Shown: positions 63,673 to 64,000 of the stretch, piece after piece
Position numbering within the stretch: the first letter of the stretch is position 1
Layout of the letters: every line of letters starts with the position of its first letter
Source: an uncultured Gemmatimonadales bacterium
GTDB lineage: Bacteria; Gemmatimonadota; Gemmatimonadetes; Longimicrobiales; RSA9
Direction: 5' to 3'
DNA: 64,000 nucleotides
Assembly: GCA_963798085.1 (NCBI GenBank)
Contig: CAWCRS010000002.1
Location: 352,001 to 416,000, forward strand
Notes under the pieces: generated by a model
The model's input: the letters and a program-made list of their open reading frames with translations, nothing else
Told to the model about the DNA's origin: nothing
The model's database searches: none
Program-made: the position numbers and the translations under genes

Positions 63673-63816
63673 GCCTAACGTTCCTGGTGTTCACGACGTG
63701 CCGGAGCCGACCGCCAGGGCGGCGCAGGCATGTCCGCGCCCTTCACGGGCTACTCGCGTCGGCATCTGCGCGGCCGGCGGCCGACAGGCCGCCGAGCGTG
63801 AAATACCGTGTTAGAC
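63673..63816. repeat. attC-like repeat
   Basis: GCCTAAC...GTTCACG...CGTGAAATACCGTGTTAGAC. Confidence 0.92.
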
Positions 63817-64000
63817 GAAGTGCGCCGTACCACGCTTGCATCACGCACGACCTGTGACGGCGGGTCGCTCACCAGTACCACGACCACTCGATGCGTGTAC
63901 GAGGGAGCGCCGAATCTGCCGATCACGCTCCGGGACACGGTGGAAACGACACCCTGTTCGGTCATTGCGATAGAGCGGCGCGGCACACGTCCCCAGGTTA

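Noticed and set aside
28563..63816. Repeat family as a CRISPR array
   Set aside because: Repeats are 115-145 bp and variable, separated by gene-sized intervals; no cas genes are present.
42431..63816. Repeats as REP/MITE insertions into palindromic targets
   Set aside because: The two flanks of a single repeat do not match each other and show no target duplication. Complementarity links opposite ends of the intervening cassette, as expected for integrated circles.
43463..63857. Recurrent short ORFs translating as LFTTCRSRP...RRRHVRA...PAAARPPSVK
   Set aside because: These are translations of the attC repeat itself, not a protein family.
1..64000. Integron integrase, rRNA or tRNA genes
   Set aside because: No ORF shows tyrosine-recombinase R-H-R-Y motifs, and no tRNA or rRNA signatures were recognised by eye.

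Overview
GC-rich bacterial DNA. The 'VRDSAGI' type beta-propeller lipoproteins suggest Gemmatimonadota, but this is inference only. The window is best read as part of a large integron-type gene-cassette array; no integrase gene is visible in it. A family of ~115-145 bp attC-like repeats (RYYTAAC...GTTCACG...CGTGAAA...GTTRRRY) occurs about 23 times, plus half-sites. Copies are intact on the right (37-64 kb) and progressively eroded to the left. Most cassette ORFs lie on the - strand, so attI/intI are predicted beyond the right edge. Two unusual structural features stand out. (i) Intact cassettes are bracketed by their own cassette-specific ~19-23 bp inverted repeats, extending well beyond the 7-bp R box and carrying a conserved internal mismatch. 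(ii) The attC core is branched, with covarying side hairpins closed by very stable DNA loops on the + strand. Cargo includes six toxin-antitoxin modules, a three-gene cassette (unknown ~420-aa protein, Xre, RES), a TIR-TM protein, an APH(6)-like kinase, three 6-bladed propeller lipoproteins, ankyrin proteins, methyltransferases, and prs and cysK paralogs. Mobile elements are an IS481, an IS110, two IS630s, an ORF-less mini group II intron and a second intron remnant. Many genes carry single-base frameshifts, from decay and/or sequencing indels.
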